From: an uncultured Phycisphaerales bacterium
Lineage (GTDB): Bacteria > Planctomycetota > Phycisphaerae > Tepidisphaerales > Tepidisphaeraceae
Assembly (NCBI GenBank): GCA_963844715.1
Contig: CAWJPJ010000007.1
Coordinates: 256,001-320,000, forward strand
Length of the DNA stretch: 64,000 nt
Direction: 5' to 3'
In this document: piece after piece, positions 53,806-63,786 of the stretch
Layout: every line of letters starts with the position of its first letter
Position numbering within the stretch: position 1 is the stretch's first letter
Made by a program: the position numbers and the translations under genes
The notes under the pieces: model-generated
Databases searched by the model: none
The model's input: only the letters and a program-made list of their open reading frames with translations
Told to the model about the DNA's origin: nothing

Positions 53806-55080
53806 ATGCCGTATACGCTCAGCCAGACCAGCAGTGACCTCGTTCCGCCGGAATTGGGGGGAAAAGTGGGGGAGGACCGCTGGACCCTGAATTTCGGGCC
53901 CCAGCATCCGGCAACCCATACAACCCTCCGGCTGGTCCTGGAATTGGACGGGGAGCGCATCCTCCGCGCCACGCCGCATATCGGGTATCTGCACAGCGGT
54001 TTCGAGAAACTCGGCGAGCACCTTAATTACAACCAATATGTGACCATCGTGGATCGCATGGACTATTCCGCGCCGATCTACAACGAATTGGCGTGGCATG
54101 GGGCGGCCGAGAAATTGATGGCGATCGAGCTAACTCCTCGCTGCAAGGTCTTGCGCACGATAGCGGGGGAGCTGGGCCGGATTCAGTCGCACCTGCTTTG
54201 CGTCGGCGCGGCCGGTTTGGACCTGGGGGCCTTCACCGCATTTCTTTACGGGTTCAACCAGCGCGAAACGATTTACGACATCGTCGAATACATGTCCGGC
54301 CAGCGGTTCCACACCAGTTGGACGCGGGTAGGGGGGCTGAACATGGATCTGCCCGATGAGGCCGTCTTCAAGCGGATGGTGAAGAAGTTTGTGAATGAAG
54401 ACATGCCGTCGGCGATGGCGGACGTCGAAGCGCTGCTGAATAAAAATCGAATTTTCGTGGATCGCACCAAGGGCATCGGCATCATCAGCCGCGAAGAAGC
54501 GATCGCCTGGAGCTTGTCCGGACCCATGGCCCGCGCCAGCGGCGTGCGGCGCGACATCCGAAAGGATGATCCCTATCTTTGCTTCAAGGATAATTGGGAC
54601 GGAGAAGGAGCTCCGGCCGTCGATTTCAAAGTCCCGGTGATGACCACCGGCGACGTTTACGCTCGATACCTGGTGCGCCTCGAAGAGATGAAGCAGAGCC
54701 TGGCGATCATCCGGCAACTGATCGACCACATTCCGCCGGGCGCGGTGAATGTCAGCCCGGAGGGGAAAGACGTTTTGCCCCCAAAAAACCAGGTCTACAG
54801 CAGCATCGAAGGGCTGATCCAGCACTTCGAGCTGATCATGACCAATCGCGGATTCGAGGCTCCCAAAGGGGAAGTCTACAATTGCATAGAAAGTGGGAAC
54901 GGGGAGCTTGGCTACTACGTCGTCTCGGCCGGCGAGAACGTCCCATGGCGCGTCCGCACGCGGCCGCCGTGCTTTATCAATTACCAGGTTTTCCCGAAGC
55001 TTATCGAAGGCCACATGATTTCGGATGTAGTGGCGGTACTCGGAAGCATCAACATCATCGCCGCCGAACTGGATAGATAA
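53806..55080 (+). CDS. nuoD: NADH-quinone oxidoreductase subunit D
   Basis: NFGPQHPATH..LRL..ELDGE, IGYLH.G.EK, DRMDY, C-terminal AELDR. Confidence 0.93.
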   Translation: MPYTLSQTSSDLVPPELGGKVGEDRWTLNFGPQHPATHTTLRLVLELDGERILRATPHIGYLHSGFEKLGEHLNYNQYVTIVDRMDYSAPIYNELAWHGAAEKLMAIELTPRCKVLRTIAGELGRIQSHLLCVGAAGLDLGAFTAFLYGFNQRETIYDIVEYMSGQRFHTSWTRVGGLNMDLPDEAVFKRMVKKFVNEDMPSAMADVEALLNKNRIFVDRTKGIGIISREEAIAWSLSGPMARASGVRRDIRKDDPYLCFKDNWDGEGAPAVDFKVPVMTTGDVYARYLVRLEEMKQSLAIIRQLIDHIPPGAVNVSPEGKDVLPPKNQVYSSIEGLIQHFELIMTNRGFEAPKGEVYNCIESGNGELGYYVVSAGENVPWRVRTRPPCFINYQVFPKLIEGHMISDVVAVLGSINIIAAELDR

Positions 55081-55082
55081 CC

Positions 55083-55664
55083 ATGGCTTGGATTACGGAA
55101 AATCGTCGTACAGCAACGGTCGAGCGCCGTGCCGAGCCGTATCTCACGCCGGAGATAAAGGACGGTTTAGCTAAAAAATATTTCCCGCGCTATCCGAACA
55201 AACGCGCGGTGTTGCTGCCGGCGCTGCATGAAGTTCAACACGCATATGGCTGGATTCCCACCCAGGCGTTGGAAGAAATTGCCGCGTTTTTGGAAATGGC
55301 GCCGGCCGAAGTCATGGATACGGCCACTTTTTACGAGGAATACTGGCTCAAGCCTAAGGGGCAATATTTGCTTCAGGTTTGCCGGTCGCTTTCCTGCGAG
55401 ATTTGCGAATCGAAGAAGCTCACGGATCATTTGAGTAAGACGCTGGGAATTGAACTGGGGGAGACAACCAGTAATGGGCGGTTCACGCTGGTGGAATTAG
55501 AATGCCTGGGGGCGTGCGAGCTGGCGCCGGTGATGCTCATCAACGAAGTGCTGCACGAGAATCTGACGGTCGCGCGGGTGGACGAGTTGATCGCGCGCTT
55601 GCCGGCGGATGCGAATGATTATCACGATCCGGCGATTACATGGAGCGACGGCGGGGGGCACTGA
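55083..55664 (+). CDS. nuoE: NADH-quinone oxidoreductase subunit E
   Basis: LPALH.VQ...GW, ATFY, CRSLSC and ECLGAC..AP 2Fe-2S ligands. Confidence 0.92.
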   Translation: MAWITENRRTATVERRAEPYLTPEIKDGLAKKYFPRYPNKRAVLLPALHEVQHAYGWIPTQALEEIAAFLEMAPAEVMDTATFYEEYWLKPKGQYLLQVCRSLSCEICESKKLTDHLSKTLGIELGETTSNGRFTLVELECLGACELAPVMLINEVLHENLTVARVDELIARLPADANDYHDPAITWSDGGGH

Positions 55665-56248
55665 TGCCGCCGGCGCACAGCATCGCGGGTATTTTTTTTA
55701 TATTGGCTGCGTGCGCGGGACTCGGGTGGTGGGTCTTCTGGGCTTATTTCGACACATACCATCTGGCCACGGTGCAGCCGGGCGTGCTCTATCGCGACGG
55801 CGTGCGGAGCTTGCGGCAATTCAAACTGGCGGCAGAAAAGACGCACGTAAGGACGGTCGTGTCGCTCGTCGACGATCAGGAGATTCAGCAGCCGCCATTT
55901 ACCGATGAGATGAATTATTGTGCGGCGCACGGGATAACGGTGGTGCGCGTGCCGATTGTGCTGGGGGGCTGGCCGAGCGGGGATGAGATCAAGCAGTTTT
56001 TAGCCGTGGTCGCAGACCCGACGAACCGGCCGGTTTTAGTCCATTGCGCCCAGGGCGTGCGCCGGACGGGGATGATGGTCGCGGCATATCAAATCTCGGT
56101 GCTCAATTACGACAAAGAGAAAACGACGGCGGACATGCTCACCTTTGGGCACAGCCAGCGCACGGTGGGGGATGTGCAGCGGTTCATCGATACCTATGAT
56201 CCTCAGACGCAGTCGATGACCCAGGATTTGCCGCAATCGGTCGAGTAG
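55664..56248 (+). CDS. Membrane-anchored Cys-based (PTP/dual-specificity) phosphatase
   Basis: N-terminal TM, V.PG.LYR, PVLVHCAQGVRRTG (HCx5R). Confidence 0.82.
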   Translation: MPPAHSIAGIFFILAACAGLGWWVFWAYFDTYHLATVQPGVLYRDGVRSLRQFKLAAEKTHVRTVVSLVDDQEIQQPPFTDEMNYCAAHGITVVRVPIVLGGWPSGDEIKQFLAVVADPTNRPVLVHCAQGVRRTGMMVAAYQISVLNYDKEKTTADMLTFGHSQRTVGDVQRFIDTYDPQTQSMTQDLPQSVE

Positions 56249-56264
56249 CGGATTCGAAATTGCC

Positions 56265-56537
56265 ATGACGAAGAAACTGACATATGACCTTCCGAAGCCA
56301 ATGCCGGCAAGTCACGACTGCTTGCCCCACGCGGCGATGAACCTGGGCGCGCCCCGAAGCGGCGGCCTGCGTCCGCTCAGCGGCGAGGTAAAGCGCCTTG
56401 TCATCGAAGCGCAACTGGGGAATTGGGTTTTGTATCGCTTGGATGATTCCGGCGGATTTGTGGGGGATACCTGGCATGGGACGCTGGAAGATGCCGTCGC
56501 ACAAGCCAAAAAAGAATTCGGCGTGGATATGATCTGA
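56265..56537 (+). CDS. Hypothetical protein
   Basis: 90 aa with DTWH.TLEDA..QA..EFG; co-oriented and tightly packed. Confidence 0.6.
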   Translation: MTKKLTYDLPKPMPASHDCLPHAAMNLGAPRSGGLRPLSGEVKRLVIEAQLGNWVLYRLDDSGGFVGDTWHGTLEDAVAQAKKEFGVDMI

Positions 56538-56540
56538 TTC

Positions 56541-56783
56541 ATGGCCATTCAAAAACGCCAATCCGGAGGTGGCTTTTTCGCCTGGCTGGGCCGGCAGGTG
56601 GGGCACGTCAAAAAGGCGGTTCAAACGGACGTGACCGAGGGACAGCCGAAGACGGTTTTTCGGGATCAGCATGTCGAAGAGAAGCCGCTGCCAAGCGATC
56701 CGAATGTTAAATTGCGCCGCACGGTAATTGATGAGGTGATCGTTCAGCCAAAATCAGGGCAATCCGAGGGTAAAAGGGGATGA
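56541..56783 (+). CDS. Hypothetical protein
   Basis: 80 aa with GFFAWLGRQVGHVKKAV and LRRT.IDEV; 3 nt after the previous stop. Confidence 0.6.
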   Translation: MAIQKRQSGGGFFAWLGRQVGHVKKAVQTDVTEGQPKTVFRDQHVEEKPLPSDPNVKLRRTVIDEVIVQPKSGQSEGKRG

Positions 56784-56857
56784 TTTTGGAAACCCCTGCA
56801 CAATTAAGCAGGAATCAAATATACTTCCGCATCCGCGTAATTGGAGAGTAGTCGAAC

Positions 56858-58205
56858 ATGGCTTACAGCGAACCGGTTCTGGTCAAGCGAATTGATGCCG
56901 ACCCCGCGAAGCGGAAAATTCATTGGTACGACGATTACGTCGCCACCGGCGGTTACATCGCCCTGCGCAAGGCGCTGGATCTGAAGCCGGACGACATCAT
57001 CAAGACCGTGACGGACTCAGGGCTGCGCGGCGCGGGGCGCCGGCTTTTCGGCGGGCCAGAAATGGGCGTTTATTCCCAAGGAAAAGAAGGGTCCGCACTA
57101 CCTGGCGGTGAACGCCGATGAATCGGAACCGGGGACGTTCAAGGATCGTTACTTGATGGAATACGATCCGCATTCGATGCTCGAGGGGATCGCCATCGCG
57201 GCGATCGCGACGCGGCTCGATGTCGCGTACATCTTCATCCGTGGCGAATATCACCGGCAGACGGAAATCCTGGATCGCGCAGTTCAGGAAGCCTACGACC
57301 ACGGCATCTTTGGACAAAAAGGAATTTTCGGCAGCCAATACAAGGTGGAATGTTACGTCCACCGCGGGGCCGGGGCGTACATCTGCGGTGAAGAGACAGG
57401 ATTGCTGGAAGCGCTCGAGGGAAAGCGGGGCTGGCCGCGCAACAAGCCGCCGTTCCCGGCGATCGCCGGCGCGTTCGCGCGGCCGACGGTAATCAACAAC
57501 GTCGAGACGCTCTGCTGCGTTCCGCCGATTCTGGAGAAGGGACCGGCGTGGTTCAAAACGATGGGGACCCCAAGTTCGCCGGGACCGAAGTTGTATGGGA
57601 TGTCCGGGCATGTGAACAAGCCGGGAATCTATGAGCAGGAGTTGGGGATCACGCTCAATTATGCGATCAACGAACTGGGCGGCGGAATGAAAGGCGGGAA
57701 GCATAAGGGGACGATCTGCGGCGGAATTTCGATGGGCGTCCTGGGGCCAAATCAACTCGACATCAAGCTCGATTTCGACGACGTGCGTTTCCGCGGCGGC
57801 TGCCTGGGCCTGGGAACGGCCGGAATGATCGTCATGAACGACCAGACCGACATGGTGCTGGCCCTGCGCAACTGCCTGAGATTTTATTCGCACGAATCGT
57901 GCGGCCAGTGCACCCCTTGCCGCGAGGGGAGCGCGTGGATGCTGAAGATTATGAATCGCATCCTGGAAGGCCAGGGAAAGCTCGCAGATCTGGAGATGCT
58001 TCTGGAATTGGAGAAAACGCAGGGGATCATGCCCGGGACAACGATCTGCGGCCTCGCTGATGGCACGGCCTGGGCGACGCGAACATTTATCAATAAATAT
58101 TACGACGAGTTCGCGGCACGATGCACGGCGGAGCCGACGGTGCCGATCACAATCAAGCGCGGCACGAAGAATGTGCTGGTGCCGATGGGGTCGAATACGA
58201 GATAG
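56858..58205 (+). CDS. nuoF: NADH-quinone oxidoreductase subunit F; frameshift near 57033
   Basis: SGLRG(RGGAG)F, NADESEPGTFKDR, GAGAYICGEETGL, NNVETL, ESCGQCTPCREG, TICGL. Confidence 0.93.
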
Positions 58206-58227
58206 GTTTTTGTCGAAGTTTTCAGCG

Positions 58228-58260
58228 AAGCCAACGGATGGCCATCCGTTGGCTTTTTTT
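58228..58260 (+). terminator. Perfect 28-bp palindrome plus T-tract (terminator/REP-like)
   Basis: AAGCCAACGGATGG|CCATCCGTTGGCTT followed by TTTTT, between convergent nuoF and the TPR gene. Confidence 0.75.
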
Positions 58261-58283
58261 GTCGGAATGAATTCCGTGAATCG

Positions 58284-59971
58284 CTATTTATCGCGACGCG
58301 ACGTTGTATGCGATTGAATCGCAGCCAAGTGTTCTCGCACGCCCGGCAGGTCCGGCCGAAGTTCCAACGCTTTTTGAAATTCCGCAATAGCCGCTTCTTT
58401 CGTGCCGAAGGTTTCGTTCCAAATTCCCAGAATAAAGTGGGCCTGGGCATAGCTGGGACGCTCTTTGATCGATTCCTGAAGAAGGAGGCGGGCCTGTGTT
58501 GCCAGGGCCTCGTTGTGCTGGGCGTAGGCCTCCTGGGCCAGCATCTGGGCGTAGTTGGTCATGGCGGAAATGTCATTGGGATTCTGGGTCAGCAGCCAAC
58601 GATAGTGCAGGGCGGCTTCGGGGAAATCATCTCTGTCGGCCAGGAGATTGGCGAGATTGTTGTGCGCGGTTCTGGATTCGGGGTCGAGTTGTAGAGCCTG
58701 GCGATATTCGGCGATGGCGACCGTCGGGTTGTGCTTTTGCTGGGCCACCAGGCCTAGCCCGGCGTGGGCGCCGGCGGAGTCAGGGTTGGTTATGGACCAC
58801 TGAACGGCGAATGATGTGTCATCCGTGTACGCGCTGCGCGCAAGCAACTGACGAAGGCGAGACAGGCGATCCAGCCGACCGCGATCGCGGCGGCCGAGCG
58901 ACGAATGAGAGGGCGCTTGATTCGCAGGATGAGCACAGCGCCCAACGCCGCGACGGCTGGAAGCGCGAGGGCCACATAGCGCTCGGAGTAGGGCGCCTCC
59001 TGGCGGAACATGTGGGCGGTGGGGAGTTGGGTGAGAATGAACCAGCCTAGCCAGTACGCGGCAATTAACTTGAGGGATTTCTCAGCCGGGAAGATCCAGC
59101 AAATGAGCGCGACGAGGAAAAGGAGAGAGATTGCGGTGAGCGTTGGATCGAGCCAGACGTCCATCGTGGGCTCGTAGTGCAAAGTCATGAACGGGACGAC
59201 CGCGGATTGCAGTCCGTAAAGAAGGCTGGTGAGTGGGGCGGCGGGATGGTTCTGAATGTCCCAGTGAATCGTCGGGGCCTGGAAAACGAGATGGCGGACA
59301 AAAAAATATCCGCCGAGAAGAAGGACGGGAGGAAGATATCGGAGGATAGGGTGCGGGCGGCGCGGAAGAAGAAGCAGATCGGCAAGTAGAAAAATTCCGG
59401 GCAGGACGGCGGCCTGCTCCTTGGCGAGGAGGGCGACGGCGAAGAGAACCATCGCGAGCCAATATTCGACGGCGGATGATCCCAGGTAAGCCCAGGCGGA
59501 AAGGAGAATCAGAAAGGCGGGAAGAAGAGTCTCGCGGCCACTGGCGGCGGGATAGACGGATTCTGAAAAAGACGGGTGCAGGGAGAACCAAAGCGCGGCC
59601 AGGAGGGAGGCCAGCGGAGTCAGGGCAAAGGGCTCCCGGCGAAAGAGGGCATAGCCCGCCAGCATCGTCAGACCCGCGAGGCAGGCGTTGAACAGATGAT
59701 ACGGGCGCGGGTCGGTTCCCCAAATCGTGCGCTGGACCGCAAACGTCATCCGTGTGATCGGGCGGTAATAGGGAAAATTGAGATAGTGCGGCTGGCTGAA
59801 AATCGTGCGAAGATCGGAAACCGTGTGCAGCGGGAACTGGTTTTCGATCACTTCGTGGTCGTCATAGACGAACTGGTTATTCCAACTTGAGGCTGCATAA
59901 AGACCCGCGACCCCAAGGGCGGCGAGGCAGGCATAGATGCATTGTTTGGCGCGGCTGTACAATTGCCACAA
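58284..59971 (-). CDS. TMTC-like GT-C glycosyltransferase with C-terminal TPRs; frameshift near 58835
   Basis: FVYDD, YYRP, YHLFN, LHP...ESV...SGR, LLAKE, SERY, then TPR repeats. Confidence 0.75.
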
Positions 59972-59977
59972 ATTTGT

Positions 59978-61180
59978 ATGACGGAACCGGATGTTTCACA
60001 ACTTCTGACCGTGCAGGCGGCACAGCGGATCATCGACGCGGTGGAGCTGGCGCGGCGGGTCGCCACTAAGCCCATCGGGGAATGCGTCGGTTTGCGTCTG
60101 GCGGAGGAGATTCAATGCGACCGGGATGCGCCGCCGTTTGATAAGAGCCTGATGGATGGATACGCGGTGCGGAGTGGGGATGTAAAGCTGGGCGGCGCCG
60201 AACTGGTCGTTCGCGGGAAGATCGCGGCGGGCCAGACGCCGGGGGGGCCGCTGGGGGCGGGGGAAGCGGCAGCAATCATGACGGGTGCGCCTCTGCCGGA
60301 CGGGGCGGATGCTGTGGTGCCGATTGAATTGACGGAAAAGATTGGGGATCGGGTGCTCTTTATGGCGGGGACGAAGGCGGGGCGTTTCGTGGCGCAGCGC
60401 GGAGGCGACGCGAAGGAGGGGGAGATACTACTTGCGCGCGGCACACGGATCGGCCCAGCCCAGCTGGGCGTACTGGCGAGCGTCGGCAGGGGGCGGGCGG
60501 CGGTTGTGGAAGCACCGACGGCGGCGGTTTTGGCAAACGGGGACGAGCTGGTTGAGATTGACCAGAAGCCGGTGGGGCGCAAATTCGAGCCTCGAACAGT
60601 GTGATGCTAGTGAATTTACTCCAAAAGTGGAATTGTCCCACGACGGATTTGGGATTGGTGCGCGATGATCCGAAATTGATTCGCGCGGCGATGGAGCGCG
60701 GACTGGCCAGTGATTTGCTGTTGGTGAGCGGTGGGATGAGCGTGGGGGAGCGGGATTATGTGCCGGGGATTTTGAAGGAGCTGGGGGCGGAGATGATGAT
60801 CACGAAGCTGCGGATCAAGCCGGGGAAGCCGTTCATTTTCTGGCGGTTGCCCGGGGACAAGTTCGTGTTTGGATTGCCGGGGAACCCCGTGACGCGCGTT
60901 TGTATGCACGGTGGCTCTGGTCAGGCGATTGATCGAGAGATGGATGGGCGGCAATTGGGAAGAAGGGATTCGCGAGGCGGCGCTATCCGAGGGAGTGGAG
61001 GGAAACGGGGTGCGCGAGTTTTATCAGCCGGCGATTTTTGACGGGAGTTTAATCCGTGCCTTGGCCTGGCGAGGGTCGGCGGATGTCTATACTTTGGCGC
61101 GGGCCAATGCCCTGGTGATCCGCCCGGAGAACGATCCGCCCCGGGCCGCGGGGACGCCGGTTCGGTTTTTGGAGATTTGA
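59978..61180 (+). CDS. moeA: Molybdopterin molybdenumtransferase; frameshifts near 60578 and 60893
   Basis: PPFDKSLMDGYAV, IMTGAPLPDGADAV, GDEL, SGGMSVG..D, IKPGKP, FGLPGNPV. Confidence 0.9.
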
Positions 61181-61182
61181 TT

Positions 61183-61296
61183 TTGCGCCGCGTGAATTTG
61201 ATTTTGTTGATCTTATTCGTCATCGCGGCGCTGGGGGGATCGTTTACCTGCGACGATAGCAATCATTCGTCGACGGTTTCCTTTGTTGTGCCGTAG
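61183..61296 (+). CDS. Small 37-aa hydrophobic peptide (not in ORF track)
   Basis: GGAG at 61171, TTG start, (M)RRVNLILLILFVIAALGGSFTCDDSNHSSTVSFVVP*; fills the gap between moeA and the 61314 gene. Confidence 0.5.
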   Translation: MRRVNLILLILFVIAALGGSFTCDDSNHSSTVSFVVP

Positions 61297-61313
61297 AGAA
61301 ATGAGAAAGAGAT

Positions 61314-61862
61314 ATGGATGCACGAACGCCGCTGATCGCAAAGATTATCGAAGCCGATCCGGCGGCGTATGGAAAGCTGGTGGTCGAAGGCGGGACGCCG
61401 GAACTGGCGCGGCAGATGCTGGATGGGGTGACCGCTGAACAACTGGTGGCCGCAAAATCTTCGGCCGATTCGCAGGGGATGCTGGCAGGCCTGTGGCTTT
61501 GGCTGGATGGGCTCGGAGAATCGCATCGGATTAGCCGGGGATTATCGACGCAGACGGGGAGTTTCTGGCACGCGATCATGCATCGCCGCGAGGGAGACTT
61601 TTCGAATTCGAAATATTGGTATGCGCGGGCGGCGGGTCATCCGGCGCTCGCGATTCTCGGGCAGCAGGGTTCGGCGATGGTCAATCCGATGCCGGCGGAC
61701 AAGCGGTTGCTGAAAATCGTCGCCAATGGATGGAATGCCGGCGCGATGGTGGATTTGGCCCGGGAAATGCACGGGCAGCCCCAAGATCCGATCTTTCCGG
61801 CGGCGGTGGCGTTGCAGCGGCTGGAATGGAAAACGCTGTTCGATTACTGCGCTGCGGGCTGA
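61314..61862 (+). CDS. Conserved hypothetical helical protein
   Basis: GLWL..D.L.ESH..S, FWHAIMHRREGDFSNSKYW. Confidence 0.7.
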   Translation: MDARTPLIAKIIEADPAAYGKLVVEGGTPELARQMLDGVTAEQLVAAKSSADSQGMLAGLWLWLDGLGESHRISRGLSTQTGSFWHAIMHRREGDFSNSKYWYARAAGHPALAILGQQGSAMVNPMPADKRLLKIVANGWNAGAMVDLAREMHGQPQDPIFPAAVALQRLEWKTLFDYCAAG

Positions 61863-62880
61863 GCGAGAATTTTATTCAGCGCGGTGATGACGTCCGCCGG
61901 GTCGCCGCGGGTGCCCTGGGCATCGAGGACGTTAGTCGCCACGATTTTTCCGAATCGATCGCAGACAACCAGGTCGGGAATCACTTCCGTCGAATAGGCG
62001 TTCAGCAACGCGGATTTGCCGAAAGCGCTCATGGGAACAGCGGGGAAGGGCATCTGCTCCTGCTTCATATACGCGAGCATGTCGGCGTCGGTCTTGTCCT
62101 CGTTAAGCATGACGATGGCCAATTCGGGATGCTTGGGGAGCGCATCGTCGGCAAATTTGACGAGGTTGGGGGAGAAGGCCTGACAGGGAGGGCACCAGCC
62201 GGCGCCAGAGTAGAAGGCGAAATATTTTTTGCTCTGTAGGTTGGGGTCGTGATACGGCTTGCCGTCGGAATCGACCATGATGCCGTCGATCGCCGCGGCG
62301 ATGCGCGAGGGCGCTTGTCAGGATCGACGAGGACGAGTTGCCGGGCGCGGGAGATCAGGTCGGTTTGAGCAACATTTATGGTGATGCGGTTGGGAGAGTT
62401 GGGCCAGTCGATGTCTACGCCCTTTGCACTGACGTCGTAAAGCGTAACGCTGGCTCCGGCGGGGATGGTGCCCCATTGGGGGTAAACAACCGGCTGGCTC
62501 AGCGTGAGTTGCACGGGCCAAAGAGTTTCATCGGCGGCCAGAGACGTGGAATCGATCGCGCGCTGCGCAGGAGTGAGGGCGCTCCAGGCCTGATTCGCGG
62601 CGTCGAGGAGATTGGTGTCCTCCGGTTTGGCTTGGAAGCGAATGTTGCTGGTCGTGGACAAGATCAATTGCGAGCCGTCGAATTTCAGAATCTGCAGCTT
62701 GTCGGTTTGGTGGACAACCGCGCCGCTGTTGAACTGGATGTCCTGATTCATCGAGACGGCGGCGGGCCAGCGATCGGGCCGATTGGCAAGATCGGCCAGA
62801 GTCAGTGTGGCGGGCGCATCGGCTAAAGCGACGGTCGAGAAAATCCCCAGCCACAAGGCGGCTAAAAGAGCGGATTTCAT
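61844..62880 (-). CDS. Secreted protein with C-terminal tryparedoxin/nucleoredoxin-like thioredoxin domain; frameshift near 62310
   Basis: Signal peptide; duplicated ..WP..V/L....T(N/D)L...A repeat; YSGAGWCPPC..F.P.L, IP.LVV.D..GK. Confidence 0.75.
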
Positions 62881-62910
62881 AACAGGCAAGACACTACCAC
62901 GAAGGGGCGG

Positions 62911-63723
62911 TTAGACGGAAGGGGTGGCAACGGCCTCGGCCACGTGTTTTACGGCGTTGCGGAAGATTTGCAGGCCGTCCCCTTCGGGGGTTTTATTTTT
63001 ACGTGACGGGGAAGTCCAGGCGTAGTGCTGGGTGGGGTCGACGTATCGTTCGGGATGGGGCATCAGACCGAAGACCAGGCCGGTCGAGTCGCAGACGCCG
63101 GCGATGTCGTCGATCGAGCCGTTGGGGTTTTCGGGGAACTGCCCGGCGGCGGGCGAGCCGTCGGCCTTGGCGTAGACCAGGGCAACCTGATCGTTATCCC
63201 AAAGGGCCTGTCGCACGGCGCGGTCGGCAGGAAGGAATTTCCCTTCGCCGTGCGCGACGGGCAGTTCGATGGACGGAATTCCGGCGGTCCAGATGCACTT
63301 GCTTCCGCGCGGGGCCAGGCGAATCCAGCGGTCGACGAAGCGGCCGCAGTTGTTGTTGGTGAGCGTGGCGGTTTGCCCGGCGCGTCCGGCCAGGGGGCCG
63401 GGGAGGAGATCGGTTTTGACAAGAACTTGAAACCCGTTGCAGATGCCAATGATCGGTTTCCCGGACTCGACAAAACGCCGCAGATCATCCGAGAGATGAT
63501 GGACGATCTGATTGGCGAGGATTTTTCCGGCGGCGATGTCGTCGCCGTAGCTGAATCCGCCCGGGAAGGCGAGTAGCTGAAAGTCGTGGAGAAGGGCCGG
63601 ATTTTCGAGCAGCCGATTAACATGCAAAAATTGCGTGGTCGCGCCGGCGAGTTCGAAGGCGTAGGCAGCCTCGGATTCGCAATTTGTGCCCGCGGTGCGA
63701 AGGATTAGAGTATTCGGCTTCAT
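62911..63723 (-). CDS. purQ: Phosphoribosylformylglycinamidine synthase glutaminase subunit
   Basis: GTNC, PGGFSYGD, GICNGFQ, AHGEG, NPNGS, MPHPER. Confidence 0.93.
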   Translation of the reverse strand: MKPNTLILRTAGTNCESEAAYAFELAGATTQFLHVNRLLENPALLHDFQLLAFPGGFSYGDDIAAGKILANQIVHHLSDDLRRFVESGKPIIGICNGFQVLVKTDLLPGPLAGRAGQTATLTNNNCGRFVDRWIRLAPRGSKCIWTAGIPSIELPVAHGEGKFLPADRAVRQALWDNDQVALVYAKADGSPAAGQFPENPNGSIDDIAGVCDSTGLVFGLMPHPERYVDPTQHYAWTSPSRKNKTPEGDGLQIFRNAVKHVAEAVATPSV

Positions 63724-63786
63724 AACGATAAGTTTATGTTGTAGAACGGTTATATCAATCCGATAATATGATGGAGGAAGTACGAG

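Noticed and set aside
1..62880. Mass pseudogenisation or programmed frameshifting
   Set aside because: Breaks hit essential genes (trpS, nadE, lnt, ribBA), I saw no accompanying in-frame stops or decay, and slippery heptamers are absent; sequencing error is more parsimonious.
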